NCBI GenBank assembly: GCA_963735035.1
Contig: CAVTJJ010000003.1
Coordinates: 140,489 to 204,488, forward strand
DNA from: an uncultured candidate division Zixibacteria bacterium
GTDB lineage: Bacteria > Zixibacteria > MSB-5A5 > GN15 > FEB-12
DNA length: 64,000 nt
Direction of reading: 5' to 3'
Under the pieces are notes generated by a model. The model saw only the letters and a program-made list of their open reading frames with translations, did not search any database and had not been told where the DNA came from. The number at the start of each line of letters is the position of its first letter. Position 1 is the stretch's first letter. The position numbers were made by a program, and so were the translations under genes. Positions 39,338 to 47,732 of the stretch are shown one piece after another.

Positions 39338-39340
39338 CAT

Positions 39341-39532
39341 ACCGGCAGATGTGGGCATCTGCCGGGCACGGTTAGTTCGTAGGTCAGGCGGACTTGACGC
39401 CTGACATTTATGTGTGCCGTCGGGCGTCTCTGCCCGACGGCGGCCTGGACAGATACTGCGGTCAGGCAGAGACGCCTGACCGCACGTTCAAGTATAGCAA
39501 TCATCGTCAGGCCCCGAGTAGGCCTGACCTAC
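39341..39532. repeat. Mosaic cluster: one GCCGGCAGATG palindrome plus four GTAG-hairpin family units
   Basis: ACCGGCAGATGTGGGCATCTGCCGGGCAC (39341-39371). GTAGGTCAGGCGGACTTGACGCCTGAC (39379-39405) is the exact reverse complement of 33670-33696. CGTCGGGCGTCTCTGCCCGACG and GCGGTCAGGCAGAGACGCCTGACCGC follow, then GTCAGGCCCCGAGTAGGCCTGACCTAC (39506-39532). Confidence 0.85.
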
Positions 39533-39567
39533 TAAAGCAAAAGCCCCTCGGCCTTTCGCCGAGGGGC
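39533..39567 (-). terminator. Rho-independent terminator of the SRP RNA gene
   Basis: The minus strand reads GCCCCTCGGC GAAAG GCCGAGGGGC followed by TTTTGCTTT. Confidence 0.75.
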
Positions 39568-39571
39568 TTTA

Positions 39572-39862
39572 CGTTTTGTGCACCCACCTCTGAACCGCTG
39601 CCCTGGAGCGCTTCGAACAGCCGGCTCCAGCCGGGTAGCCCTGCAACACCCGTCAGATTCTTTCTACGGCTGCTACCTTCCGGTCCTGACCGGGTTCAAA
39701 AGGCTGACGTCGTACAAGACCCGACCTTCAACACCACTTATCCGTCGACAAACCAGGCCCGCTAAGCCCGCGGGTGGGAATTCAACCCCGGTAAAGCGGA
39801 TTCCGGGTTACAGGGCACCGCTGGCTCCCCGTCTAGCACGCTTTGGGGCCGCCCCACTCATA
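39572..39862 (-). ncRNA. ffs: Signal recognition particle RNA, long (Bacillus-type, Alu-domain-containing) form
   Basis: The minus strand contains the universal helix-8 motif GGTCAGGACCGGAAGGTAGCAGCC (39668-39691). Its 5' portion, GCGTGCTAGACGGGGAGCCAGCGGTGCCCTGTAACCCGGAATCCGC...GAATTCCC, parallels the B. subtilis scRNA Alu domain (compared from memory). The GGTGCAC 3' end is followed by a terminator. Ends are good to about +/-20 nt. Confidence 0.8.
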
Positions 39863-39889
39863 TTGAGCGGGACGGCCTCTTATTCAAAA

Positions 39890-39962
39890 TGGAGCCAGCC
39901 GGGATCGAACCGGCAGCCTTCGCATTGCGAACGCGACGCTCTCCCAGTTGAGCTATGGCCCC
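39890..39962 (-). tRNA. tRNA-Ala (anticodon CGC)
   Basis: The minus strand reads GGGGCCA TA GCTC AACTGGGA GAGC G TCGCG TTCGCAA TGCGA AGGCT GCCGG TTCGATC CCGGC TGGCTCC A. The G3:U70 Ala identity pair is present. Confidence 0.9.
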
Positions 39963-40079
39963 AAACTCAGCGCCAGCTTCGGGCCAGAAGGATAATATCG
40001 GGCGGCCTTCCCGCCAAGTGGTTTTTGAGTGGGGCTTACTCAATGCCTATTGACCGCTTAGGAGCCCGCCGCACCACAA

Positions 40080-40685
40080 TCACTTCAACAGCCCGATTCG
40101 TACCCCAAAGCTTGGGCCGGCCTTGATGTCATAGTTGTCGTTACCGCCTCGGAGCGTCTTGAGCATGTTGGTCTCAATTAGAAATCCGGTTCGTGGCGTC
40201 AGACGGCAGACAACCTGTAGAAAGGGCCGCAACGTCACGTACTGGCTGGCCTTGTATCGGAATACCTCCTCAAGTAGCGCGGCTCCGCAGGCTACCCCCG
40301 GGCGAAGACTCCACTGGCTCCCTTTCGGCTGGTAGTGAACACTCAGGCGCAGGGCAGGATTAATGGACTTGGCGGTTATGTCCCCCCCAAGGATTTCTTT
40401 ACGTAGCTGAAATACGTCGATCGTCAGCCCCAGCCAGATCGATCGAAATACACCCTGGTCGAAGGAAGCTCCCGCCGACCAACCCATATCCGAATCGATT
40501 GAGGCGTCATAGAATCCGGTGTCCTTGGCGCGAGCATCGATGGTCATGCCGTCAAGAAAGCCGAACATCACTGCGAATTCCCCACGCGCTTGCTTGCCCT
40601 CGGCCGCTGATGCACTGCCACACAAAATCAGCAGCGCGAAACACGCCGCTCCCCACCAACGCCCTCCTCCACACTTTGCACTCAT
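40080..40685 (-). CDS. Small outer-membrane beta-barrel protein (paralog 1)
   Basis: 201 aa. Signal peptide (LILCGSASAAEG) and alternating hydrophobic beta-strand pattern. Weakly similar to paralogs 3 and 4. Confidence 0.5.
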   Translation of the reverse strand: MSAKCGGGRWWGAACFALLILCGSASAAEGKQARGEFAVMFGFLDGMTIDARAKDTGFYDASIDSDMGWSAGASFDQGVFRSIWLGLTIDVFQLRKEILGGDITAKSINPALRLSVHYQPKGSQWSLRPGVACGAALLEEVFRYKASQYVTLRPFLQVVCRLTPRTGFLIETNMLKTLRGGNDNYDIKAGPSFGVRIGLLK

Positions 40686-40844
40686 TCCCGTACCCTCCTA
40701 TAAATGCAGTCTGTTAACCACGCTGACGGCTGGAACCGGGGCTCCAGCGAACCCACCTACAAAATCCAACTTCGATAAACCTCCTGTCAAATCAGCCGGT
40801 GGCGGACCGGCGGCGGACCGGCGGCGGAAATCAGACTCCTATTT

Positions 40845-41522
40845 TCAGAAGAGGAGTCCGAACAGAATCGTATATGTCTTGTTGTCGATCACTATATTGG
40901 CCTGATTACCCACGTATTTTGCGGCTTCGCGAGAATCATAGTCATAACGAAATTCTAACATTATCGGACCAAACGGACTCAGCGAACTTTGAGCTCCCAC
41001 CCCGAAAGTCAACCCCGGTACGGTCGATTTATAGGAATCCAGAATCGCCTGCATATCCGAAGAGGCCAGAGTAGAGTTTGAGTTCAGTTTCAAATCGACG
41101 CGAGGACCGCCTATCAGATAGAAGCCAATCGGGCCACCTCCGAATTGCAGCTTTGCGGTCGCGAGCAGCGACAGGTAGTTGACGCGGTCCCTAAACGTAA
41201 TAGTACCACCGGTCAGATACGGGTAGGAACCGGTACGAGCCTGTATCTGGCTTCCCTTCTGCACATACAGAACTTCCGGTCTAAGACCGAGCAACGGAGT
41301 AAGAGACCAATCGGCAAACACTCCAAATGCATATCCCTTCCGTTGATCGCGATTGACCTGACCCAGCTCGTTGCTGTAGTTCCAGGTTTGATCCCCGAAT
41401 GACACACCCGCCTTGATTCCATACTGCAGACCCGTCCCGGCCCAAACGTTCGGTGAGGCCGCGAGCAGGAGAATTAAGGCGATCAAAAATCTGGTTTTCT
41501 TCATAGCCAGCTCCTTTCCCAA
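40845..41522 (-). CDS. Outer-membrane beta-barrel protein (porin family, OMP_b-brl_2-like)
   Basis: 225 aa. Signal peptide ending WAGTG. GIKAGVSFGDQ, GYAFGVFADW, LRPEVLYVQKG, and a C-terminal ...FGLLF. Confidence 0.65.
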   Translation of the reverse strand: MGKELAMKKTRFLIALILLLAASPNVWAGTGLQYGIKAGVSFGDQTWNYSNELGQVNRDQRKGYAFGVFADWSLTPLLGLRPEVLYVQKGSQIQARTGSYPYLTGGTITFRDRVNYLSLLATAKLQFGGGPIGFYLIGGPRVDLKLNSNSTLASSDMQAILDSYKSTVPGLTFGVGAQSSLSPFGPIMLEFRYDYDSREAAKYVGNQANIVIDNKTYTILFGLLF

Positions 41523-41532
41523 GATTATACTC

Positions 41533-42147
41533 TTAGAACATCACCCCGGCTCGAAGGATCCAAAGCGGGCCGATTGTCACATCCGAGGCGTTATCTCCCC
41601 CCGATGGCGCATACCAGACACCTGCTTCGAGCAGCCCCATCAAATCGTTCGATGAGAAAAAGACCAGTTCAGTGAACGCCTTGACTGTCAGATAACTGGA
41701 GCCGGACACTCCGGCGCCTTCCATTCTTCCCAGGAAGGCCACACCGACGCCGACACCCGGACGAAGACCGATCGGTGAATTCTCGCTCAACAGATTTCCC
41801 TTGAGATTGAGACCCAGGTCAATGAGCCACTCCGATTCATCCCACCGGCTTGATTGCTGTTGCCCACGCCAGGACATTTTGTGAAGGTCAGTCGAAAGAC
41901 TGTAGTGCAGACGCGGACCGAAAGGTTGGTCGAAGAAGAACCCGGCGGAGAATCCGGCGCGTTGGTCAATGGCTCCGTGGCCGAAATCAACCGATCCGGA
42001 ACCGATCATCCCAAGTTTGAAACCGGTGTACGAATCTCCAACTTCATAATCGGATGCCGCGACCGGCAGGACCTGACAAAAGACGACCGCGAAGGTCATC
42101 AATGCGGGTCTCCACCCGCCGCAATCTGTCAAGTGCATACCCCTCAC
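41533..42147 (-). CDS. Small outer-membrane beta-barrel protein (paralog 3)
   Basis: 204 aa. Signal peptide, GFKLGMIGSGS, GFSAGFFFDQ, and a C-terminal RAGVMF (terminal Phe). Confidence 0.5.
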   Translation of the reverse strand: MRGMHLTDCGGWRPALMTFAVVFCQVLPVAASDYEVGDSYTGFKLGMIGSGSVDFGHGAIDQRAGFSAGFFFDQPFGPRLHYSLSTDLHKMSWRGQQQSSRWDESEWLIDLGLNLKGNLLSENSPIGLRPGVGVGVAFLGRMEGAGVSGSSYLTVKAFTELVFFSSNDLMGLLEAGVWYAPSGGDNASDVTIGPLWILRAGVMF

Positions 42148-42214
42148 ACGGATAATTAAGATGCCTGCATAAGACCAGTCAAGTCATAAGAGGCGGACCG
42201 AAGACACCATACCC

Positions 42215-42799
42215 TTATCGAAAGGCAAAACCGGCCCGTACCAATAATCCCGGGCCAAAGGTGAGATGTCTTATGCCGCTGTTTCCGGTGGGGGTATCGA
42301 AGACCGCCAGTTCGGCGACCCACGCTGTTCGAGTATTGATAATCCCACGCGCCTCAAGCGACAGCTTGAAGCTCAAATATTGCGATGAGTGAATGTCGCC
42401 CATGTCCGCCAGAAAAGCAAAACCGAGCGACGCTCCGGGAGCCAGGAATATTTTTGATCCGCCCAAAGGGAAGGAGCGGCGAAACCCCATGTTCGGCTCA
42501 ATCATTATCTGATGTGAGTTTACGATCCGGATATAATAGAAATCGAAAGCAGCGGTCAGATGGTATTTGTTTCCCATAGGGAAATAGGCAAAAACCTGCG
42601 CGGTGGAACCGATCCGCGATTGAAGCGGCGGTTCGGTACTCAGATTCATGCGCCCGATCATGCCGGCTTTGAAACCGAACAGACCACTGGTGGTCTGTCC
42701 CAGCAGATTCTGTGCGGCGGCCGAAGAGCACAGACCTAGTTGGGCGAGCACGAGAACAATTGCGAGAGAAAACGTACGAATTTGGTGCCACTCCTGCAA
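42215..42799 (-). CDS. Small outer-membrane beta-barrel protein (paralog 4)
   Basis: 194 aa. Signal peptide (CSSAAAQ), GFKAGMIGRMN, and a C-terminal LLVRAGFAFR. Confidence 0.5.
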   Translation of the reverse strand: MQEWHQIRTFSLAIVLVLAQLGLCSSAAAQNLLGQTTSGLFGFKAGMIGRMNLSTEPPLQSRIGSTAQVFAYFPMGNKYHLTAAFDFYYIRIVNSHQIMIEPNMGFRRSFPLGGSKIFLAPGASLGFAFLADMGDIHSSQYLSFKLSLEARGIINTRTAWVAELAVFDTPTGNSGIRHLTFGPGLLVRAGFAFR

Positions 42800-42919
42800 G
42801 AAGGCGTTCGGTCGGTCCTACTCAAAAGAAACGTTTCAACCAATCGTTTCGTCAAGCGAGATAGCTATCGGTTCGCGAGTTGTGACAGTAATTGACACAT
42901 TAAGCCAACCGTGTCAATT

Positions 42920-42949
42920 GTGCCCGGCAGATGCCCACATCTGCCGGCA
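42920..42949. repeat. Inverted copy of the GCCGGCAGATG palindrome
   Basis: GTGCCCGGCAGATG CCCA CATCTGCCGGC, followed by further short hairpins (CCCGCCTGGGGCGGG, CCCCCGATCAGGTCGGGGG). Confidence 0.8.
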
Positions 42950-43105
42950 TTCAGGCTCAGGCGTCAGGTCTCACCCGCCTGGGGCGGGAAGGACCCCCGA
43001 TCAGGTCGGGGGCAGGCTCTGACGCAATCACTTGTGCCAGCCCGAATCGGTTGGCCGTGAAAATATGATTCCGCCGGGGTCCGACATTACATATATTGCC
43101 GAATC

Positions 43106-44779
43106 ATGAGCTACCTGGTGTTCGCGAGGAAATACCGTCCTGCCACTTTCGACCAAGTCGTAGCGCAGGAACATGTTACGCGCACTTTACGGAACGCGCT
43201 CCGCAACGGGCGGGTCGCCTCGGGGTATCTTTTCTGCGGCCCTCGCGGTACCGGCAAGACCACTGTCGCCCGCCTTCTGGCCAAAGCAGTCAACTGTGTC
43301 AACGGCCCCACGGAGATTCCGTGCGGCGAGTGCCCTTCCTGTATTGAAATAGCTTCGGGGACTTCGCTCGACGTTCTTGAAATCGACGCCGCTTCCAACA
43401 CCGGCGTGGACGATATTCGCACCCTGCGGGAAAATGTCCGGTACCTGCCGACCAACGGCAAGAAGCGGGTGTTCATTATCGACGAAGTACACCGTTTGTC
43501 GGGCTCGGCGTTTGACGCTTTGCTGAAGACTCTAGAAGAGCCACCGGAACACGTGATGTTTGTCCTGGCTACTACTGAACCATTGAAAGTTCCAGACACA
43601 ATTCTCTCGCGCACCCAGCGATTTGATTATCGACGTGTGTCCGTTGATGATCTGGCGGCTCACCTGAAAGATATTGCCGCGCGCGAGAAGCTTGATTTCG
43701 ATGAATCCGCGCTGAAGTTAGTGGCACGCAAGGCTGACGGTTCGGTTCGCGATTCCCTTTCGTTGCTGGACCAGGTGGCCGCATTCGCCGGAGACAAAGT
43801 AACCGAACAGGATGTAGTCAGCGCTCTCGGTCTGGTTGACCGACGTTTTCTTTTCGAATTCGTCGAAGCGATAGCGGCCTCGGACCGTCGCAAGGCTCTG
43901 CATTTGATCAAGGCGGTATTCGATGCCGGAGTGGACGTCAATGATTTCGTGATGGAGCTTCTGGAACATTTCCGGTATTTGCTGGTGATCAAATCCGATC
44001 CCGAAGCCGGTGGGCTGTTGGAGTTGACGCCCGATGAGACCGCTGAATACAGCAAGCAGGCGGATTTCTTCCAGATAGGCGATGTGCTTCGGTTGATCAA
44101 GATCGGCACCGATCTGTACGGCGATCTTCGGCGTGGAATCGATGACCGTCTTCTGCTCGAGACAGCCGCGATAAAGATGGCCGAGATGGAGTCCACGGTT
44201 CGTTTCGAAGACATTCTCAAGTATTTGCAGACCAACCAGGGTGAGGCCGGAACCGCACAGCCGGCCAACGGCGGCGGCCGTGATCTGTTCGCACCGCCGA
44301 ATCGACCACCTCTCCCGAATCCGGCTGCTACGACTCCACCTAAACCGACCTTTGGTGCGGCGCCGCCGGGGAATGTCCGGCCGGTCAACATGCCAACGAT
44401 CCAAACAGGATGGGAAAGTTTTCTGGCGGTGTTAAAAAAGTCGAGCCCAATGTTGGCATCCCAGGTACGTATGGCCGAACTTCGGTCGATCAAAGAAAAT
44501 CGTCTGCAGATGTATTTTCCGGCATCGGGTGAGGCGTCGCGTCAGTTGGTCACTAAGACGGAGAATGCGCGGTTAATCGAGCAGACCCTGCGCGATTGTT
44601 TCAAGTCCAACCTGACCGTGGCCTTTGAGATCGATCAGCACAAACAAGATGCGGGTGAAGTTGATGATGCCAAAGCCAAAGTTGATCCCAAAGAATTGGT
44701 CGAACGTTCTCCGCGCTTAAGGAGTTTGCTGGAGAAAGTCGACGGTGAGATAATCGGTATCAAGAAGGCGGAAAGCTAG
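43106..44779 (+). CDS. dnaX: DNA polymerase III subunits gamma/tau
   Basis: 557 aa. YRPATFDQVVAQEHV, Walker A GPRGTGKTT, a zinc module CGECPSC, DEVHRLS, SRTQRF, and a Pro-rich linker before the C-terminal domain. Confidence 0.9.
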   Translation: MSYLVFARKYRPATFDQVVAQEHVTRTLRNALRNGRVASGYLFCGPRGTGKTTVARLLAKAVNCVNGPTEIPCGECPSCIEIASGTSLDVLEIDAASNTGVDDIRTLRENVRYLPTNGKKRVFIIDEVHRLSGSAFDALLKTLEEPPEHVMFVLATTEPLKVPDTILSRTQRFDYRRVSVDDLAAHLKDIAAREKLDFDESALKLVARKADGSVRDSLSLLDQVAAFAGDKVTEQDVVSALGLVDRRFLFEFVEAIAASDRRKALHLIKAVFDAGVDVNDFVMELLEHFRYLLVIKSDPEAGGLLELTPDETAEYSKQADFFQIGDVLRLIKIGTDLYGDLRRGIDDRLLLETAAIKMAEMESTVRFEDILKYLQTNQGEAGTAQPANGGGRDLFAPPNRPPLPNPAATTPPKPTFGAAPPGNVRPVNMPTIQTGWESFLAVLKKSSPMLASQVRMAELRSIKENRLQMYFPASGEASRQLVTKTENARLIEQTLRDCFKSNLTVAFEIDQHKQDAGEVDDAKAKVDPKELVERSPRLRSLLEKVDGEIIGIKKAES

Positions 44780-44831
44780 GCTTCGACCAAGCATCCGCAA
44801 TGACACAGTAAGAAGTCAAAGGAGCATCGAT

Positions 44832-45158
44832 ATGCTAAAAGGCGGAATGGGCGGCATGATGAAGCAGGTCCAGCAGATGCAGGCCAAGATGGCCGAGATG
44901 CAGGCCCAGCTTGAGAGCGCCGAAATAGAAGCCAGCGCCGGCGGCGGCATGGTCAAAGTAGTAGTCAACGGGAAGAACGAAATTCGCTCAATCTCGATAG
45001 ATAAAGAGGTCGTGAATCCCGACGATGTCGAGATGCTTCAGGACTTGATCGTGGCCGCACTGAACCAGGCCCGCGAGAAATCCCAGGAACTGCAACAGCA
45101 GCAAATGTCCGCCATCACCGGCGGTCTGAACATCCCCGGCTTGAACCTCCCGTTCTAA
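44832..45158 (+). CDS. ybaB: YbaB/EbfC family nucleoid-associated protein
   Basis: 108 aa. MMKQVQQMQAKMAEMQAQLE..., GGGMVKVVVNGKNE, and its position between dnaX and recR. Confidence 0.9.
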   Translation: MLKGGMGGMMKQVQQMQAKMAEMQAQLESAEIEASAGGGMVKVVVNGKNEIRSISIDKEVVNPDDVEMLQDLIVAALNQAREKSQELQQQQMSAITGGLNIPGLNLPF

Positions 45159-45171
45159 GAAGAGATAATCA

Positions 45172-45777
45172 ATGTTTGGTTCTGCAGGATCGGTAGAGCG
45201 TCTGTCCAACTGGCTGGCCCGTCTGCCCGGAATAGGGCGCAAGACGGCGGCCCGGCTGGCGTTCCATATTCTCAAACTTCCCGACGAAGAAGCGTTCGAA
45301 CTCGCCGATCTGATTCGAGAGGTCAAAGAGAAAGTACGCTTCTGCTCCATATGCTACAATATCTCAGAAACCGACACCTGTTCCACCTGCTCGGATCCGA
45401 AACGTCGCCGCGATGTCATCTGTGTGGTCGAAGACGCCATGGATGCGGCCGCGCTTGATAAAGTCGATCAATATCGCGGGCTGTTTCATGTGCTGGGCGG
45501 GCGACTGTCGCCGCTTGACGGAATCGGTCCGGACGATCTGCGCATCAAGGAATTGCTTCATAGAATCGGCGGTGAAGTCAAAGAAGTTATCGTCGCCACC
45601 AATCCGAATGTCGAAGGCGAAGCTACGGCCCTGTATCTCGCTCGTTTGATCTCTCCCCTGGGCCCGAAGGTCACCCGCATCGCGCGCGGCCTTCCGGTGG
45701 GCTCGGACCTCGAATACGCCGACTCAGTCACACTCTCGCGTGCGCTTGAGGGACGTCAGACGATGGATGGGGAATAA
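45172..45777 (+). CDS. recR: Recombination protein RecR
   Basis: 201 aa. LPGIGRKTAARLAFH (HhH), zinc finger CSICYNISETDTCSTC, and a Toprim region VCVVEDAMD. Confidence 0.9.
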   Translation: MFGSAGSVERLSNWLARLPGIGRKTAARLAFHILKLPDEEAFELADLIREVKEKVRFCSICYNISETDTCSTCSDPKRRRDVICVVEDAMDAAALDKVDQYRGLFHVLGGRLSPLDGIGPDDLRIKELLHRIGGEVKEVIVATNPNVEGEATALYLARLISPLGPKVTRIARGLPVGSDLEYADSVTLSRALEGRQTMDGE

Positions 45778-45906
45778 GACGATAGACAATACGGACAAGC
45801 ACGACGCCGTGCCCACTCCGCATCGTCTCTTCACTGTTGTCGCATACCCGAACGAGCGTCACTGCGTGCTGCACGGAGCAACGGAGGAGACTTGTCCGAC
45901 CGGCTA

Positions 45907-47079
45907 CTAGTTCCGCGGCACGCAGACGTGGTAGGTTTTCTGGGTCGACAAATCCACGGTGAATTCGATCACCGGACGTCCCCACGCCTCGTCGAAGCGG
46001 AAGTGGTAAACGCGCGCCGGCAGCTCCATCATGATCATCTTCAGATCGTAGTTACAGATGCAATCGCACCCGCCGCCATACAGATGTTCGGTCTCAACGA
46101 CCGTGATGTCGGCCCCCTGGATAACGAACCTGACGCTGATGGAGTCGATGCAACAATTGGCCCCGGCGGCCGTGTGGACAATCTCCAGCGTTCCGTCCGC
46201 ACCGTACGTCAAGTCCACACAGGCGCTGTCCCGCTCGGGGCTCGAAGTGGACAAAGTGGAACTCTTGGACGCAGCGGCATCCCAACCGCCACACTCTGAG
46301 CGGTCCAGCAATTCGCCACCCGGGGGAGCGCCCCACGGATAGGATGTGCGCTCCACACACACCTGACCGGAGAGCGAGTGAGGCAAGTCAGCCTGGAAGT
46401 CCAGGGTGGTACCCTCTCCCGGGATCGCCTCGAGCACGGCAATGCGCCAGCTGTGGTTGGGAAGATTGGCGATTTCGAACTCCAGGTCGTAAAGACAATT
46501 ACAGTCGCACAGACCGGAGTCGACTTCGCTGATGAAGATCGTGTCTCCAAGTACGTTGGCAGTCAAGGCCGTCACCGGGCAGCAGTTCAGCGCAGCATCG
46601 ATTTGTCGCAGCCGGAGTACGCTATGTACGGGGTCATACTCGTACGCCAAACAGGTCTGGGTACTGTACGCGGTCGCTTCAACGGCTTTGCATTCGCTCA
46701 CGCCGATCAACGAGCCGACCGGGGCTCCCTGGAGGCACCCGCCCAGGCTCATGGACGGACCGGTTATGAACAGATAGTCGATCAGCATCGCTATGTCGCC
46801 GATAGATATGTCGTCGAGGGCTGGGTTCGCCCCGCCCGACTGGTTGACATCGCCCTCGGCGTAACAAAAGTCGGTGGGAACCGGGAAGAACCCCATGGTA
46901 ACCCCGATCATGAAGCAAGCGTCGCCGATCGTCGGTTCGTCGTCGCCACTGGCGTTGGCGTCACCGACACGGCCAACACAACAATCAGCCTGAGCCGAAA
47001 CAGCAGCAGGCATCAGTATCGCCACAAGGCTGAGTGCGACCGAGATTGAGAATCTGAGTAGATTACGTTCCTGAGACAT
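45907..47079 (-). CDS. Secreted protein: N-terminal Cys-flanked dockerin-like module plus two copies of an uncharacterised 8-Cys domain
   Basis: I chose the start at ATG 47079, preceded by AAGGAGGG. The signal peptide ends AVSAQA. The dockerin-like module lies at ~46762-46986. The two Cys-rich repeats lie at 46348-46698 and 45910-46299, each with SEC...NCC...CDCxCxYDL...LP...CVxR. Confidence 0.6.
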   Translation of the reverse strand: MSQERNLLRFSISVALSLVAILMPAAVSAQADCCVGRVGDANASGDDEPTIGDACFMIGVTMGFFPVPTDFCYAEGDVNQSGGANPALDDISIGDIAMLIDYLFITGPSMSLGGCLQGAPVGSLIGVSECKAVEATAYSTQTCLAYEYDPVHSVLRLRQIDAALNCCPVTALTANVLGDTIFISEVDSGLCDCNCLYDLEFEIANLPNHSWRIAVLEAIPGEGTTLDFQADLPHSLSGQVCVERTSYPWGAPPGGELLDRSECGGWDAAASKSSTLSTSSPERDSACVDLTYGADGTLEIVHTAAGANCCIDSISVRFVIQGADITVVETEHLYGGGCDCICNYDLKMIMMELPARVYHFRFDEAWGRPVIEFTVDLSTQKTYHVCVPRN

Positions 47080-47732
47080 GTCCGAGCCCTCCTTAACAAA
47101 TCGCCTGTCCCCCGGCCTGCTATGTGACACCGGGCGTGCGGCGCTATACGGCGTTAATAGTATATTCAGTGGCCCATTTTATGTCAAGCAGTTTGAACCG
47201 ACAGACCGGAACACATCCGTAGTAGATATCACTTCCTTTTCGAGACGCTCAAGTCCGGCCGAGGTCGCCAGACTACGGACGGGGAGTAAGTTGCAGTCAC
47301 TTTGTCTGTAGCTTCGCGGTGTTCAATCCTCATTCGACACGCATCACAATCGGCTGGTTGGTGCCAAAAAATCACTTGCATAAACATGGGGCGATTGGTA
47401 TAGAATAGTCGAAGCGCAATCTTTCCGCCGTCTGTCATGGGAACCGCATCTGTGGTGGAGTCTTGGTGGATCGATCAGATCGCATTTCGCACTATTTTCA
47501 TGTCGCCTTTGGCCGCGTTCGCCTGACTGCGACGACGTTGTCAGAGATTCACGATAACATACTCACCCGCTGCCTGGCCCGGGACGTGGGTAGCAACATG
47601 GCAGGAGAAAAGATCCACCGCTCATCTTTGTCGACCCGCCTGCTATGGGAGAAGATCAATCCGTTGAACCGAAGCTGAAGAGTCTTGGTCACGGATATCG
47701 GAACAAATGTTAACTGGATCGCAAGAAACGAG

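Noticed and set aside
39394-40126. ORFs 39394..39765, 39578..40126 and 39858..40043. I also briefly suspected that the structured region next to a tRNA-like sequence was a tmRNA.
   Set aside because: The region contains the SRP RNA helix-8 motif and an Alu-like 5' domain. The tRNA is a complete tRNA-Ala cloverleaf with an anticodon, not a tmRNA tRNA-like domain, and no tag-peptide reading frame is present.
47463-47678. Small ORF 47463..47678 (71 aa) in the divergent control region as a regulator gene
   Set aside because: It has a non-ATG start, no RBS and no recognisable DNA-binding motif. It more likely lies in the 5' leader or promoter region of the giant gene.
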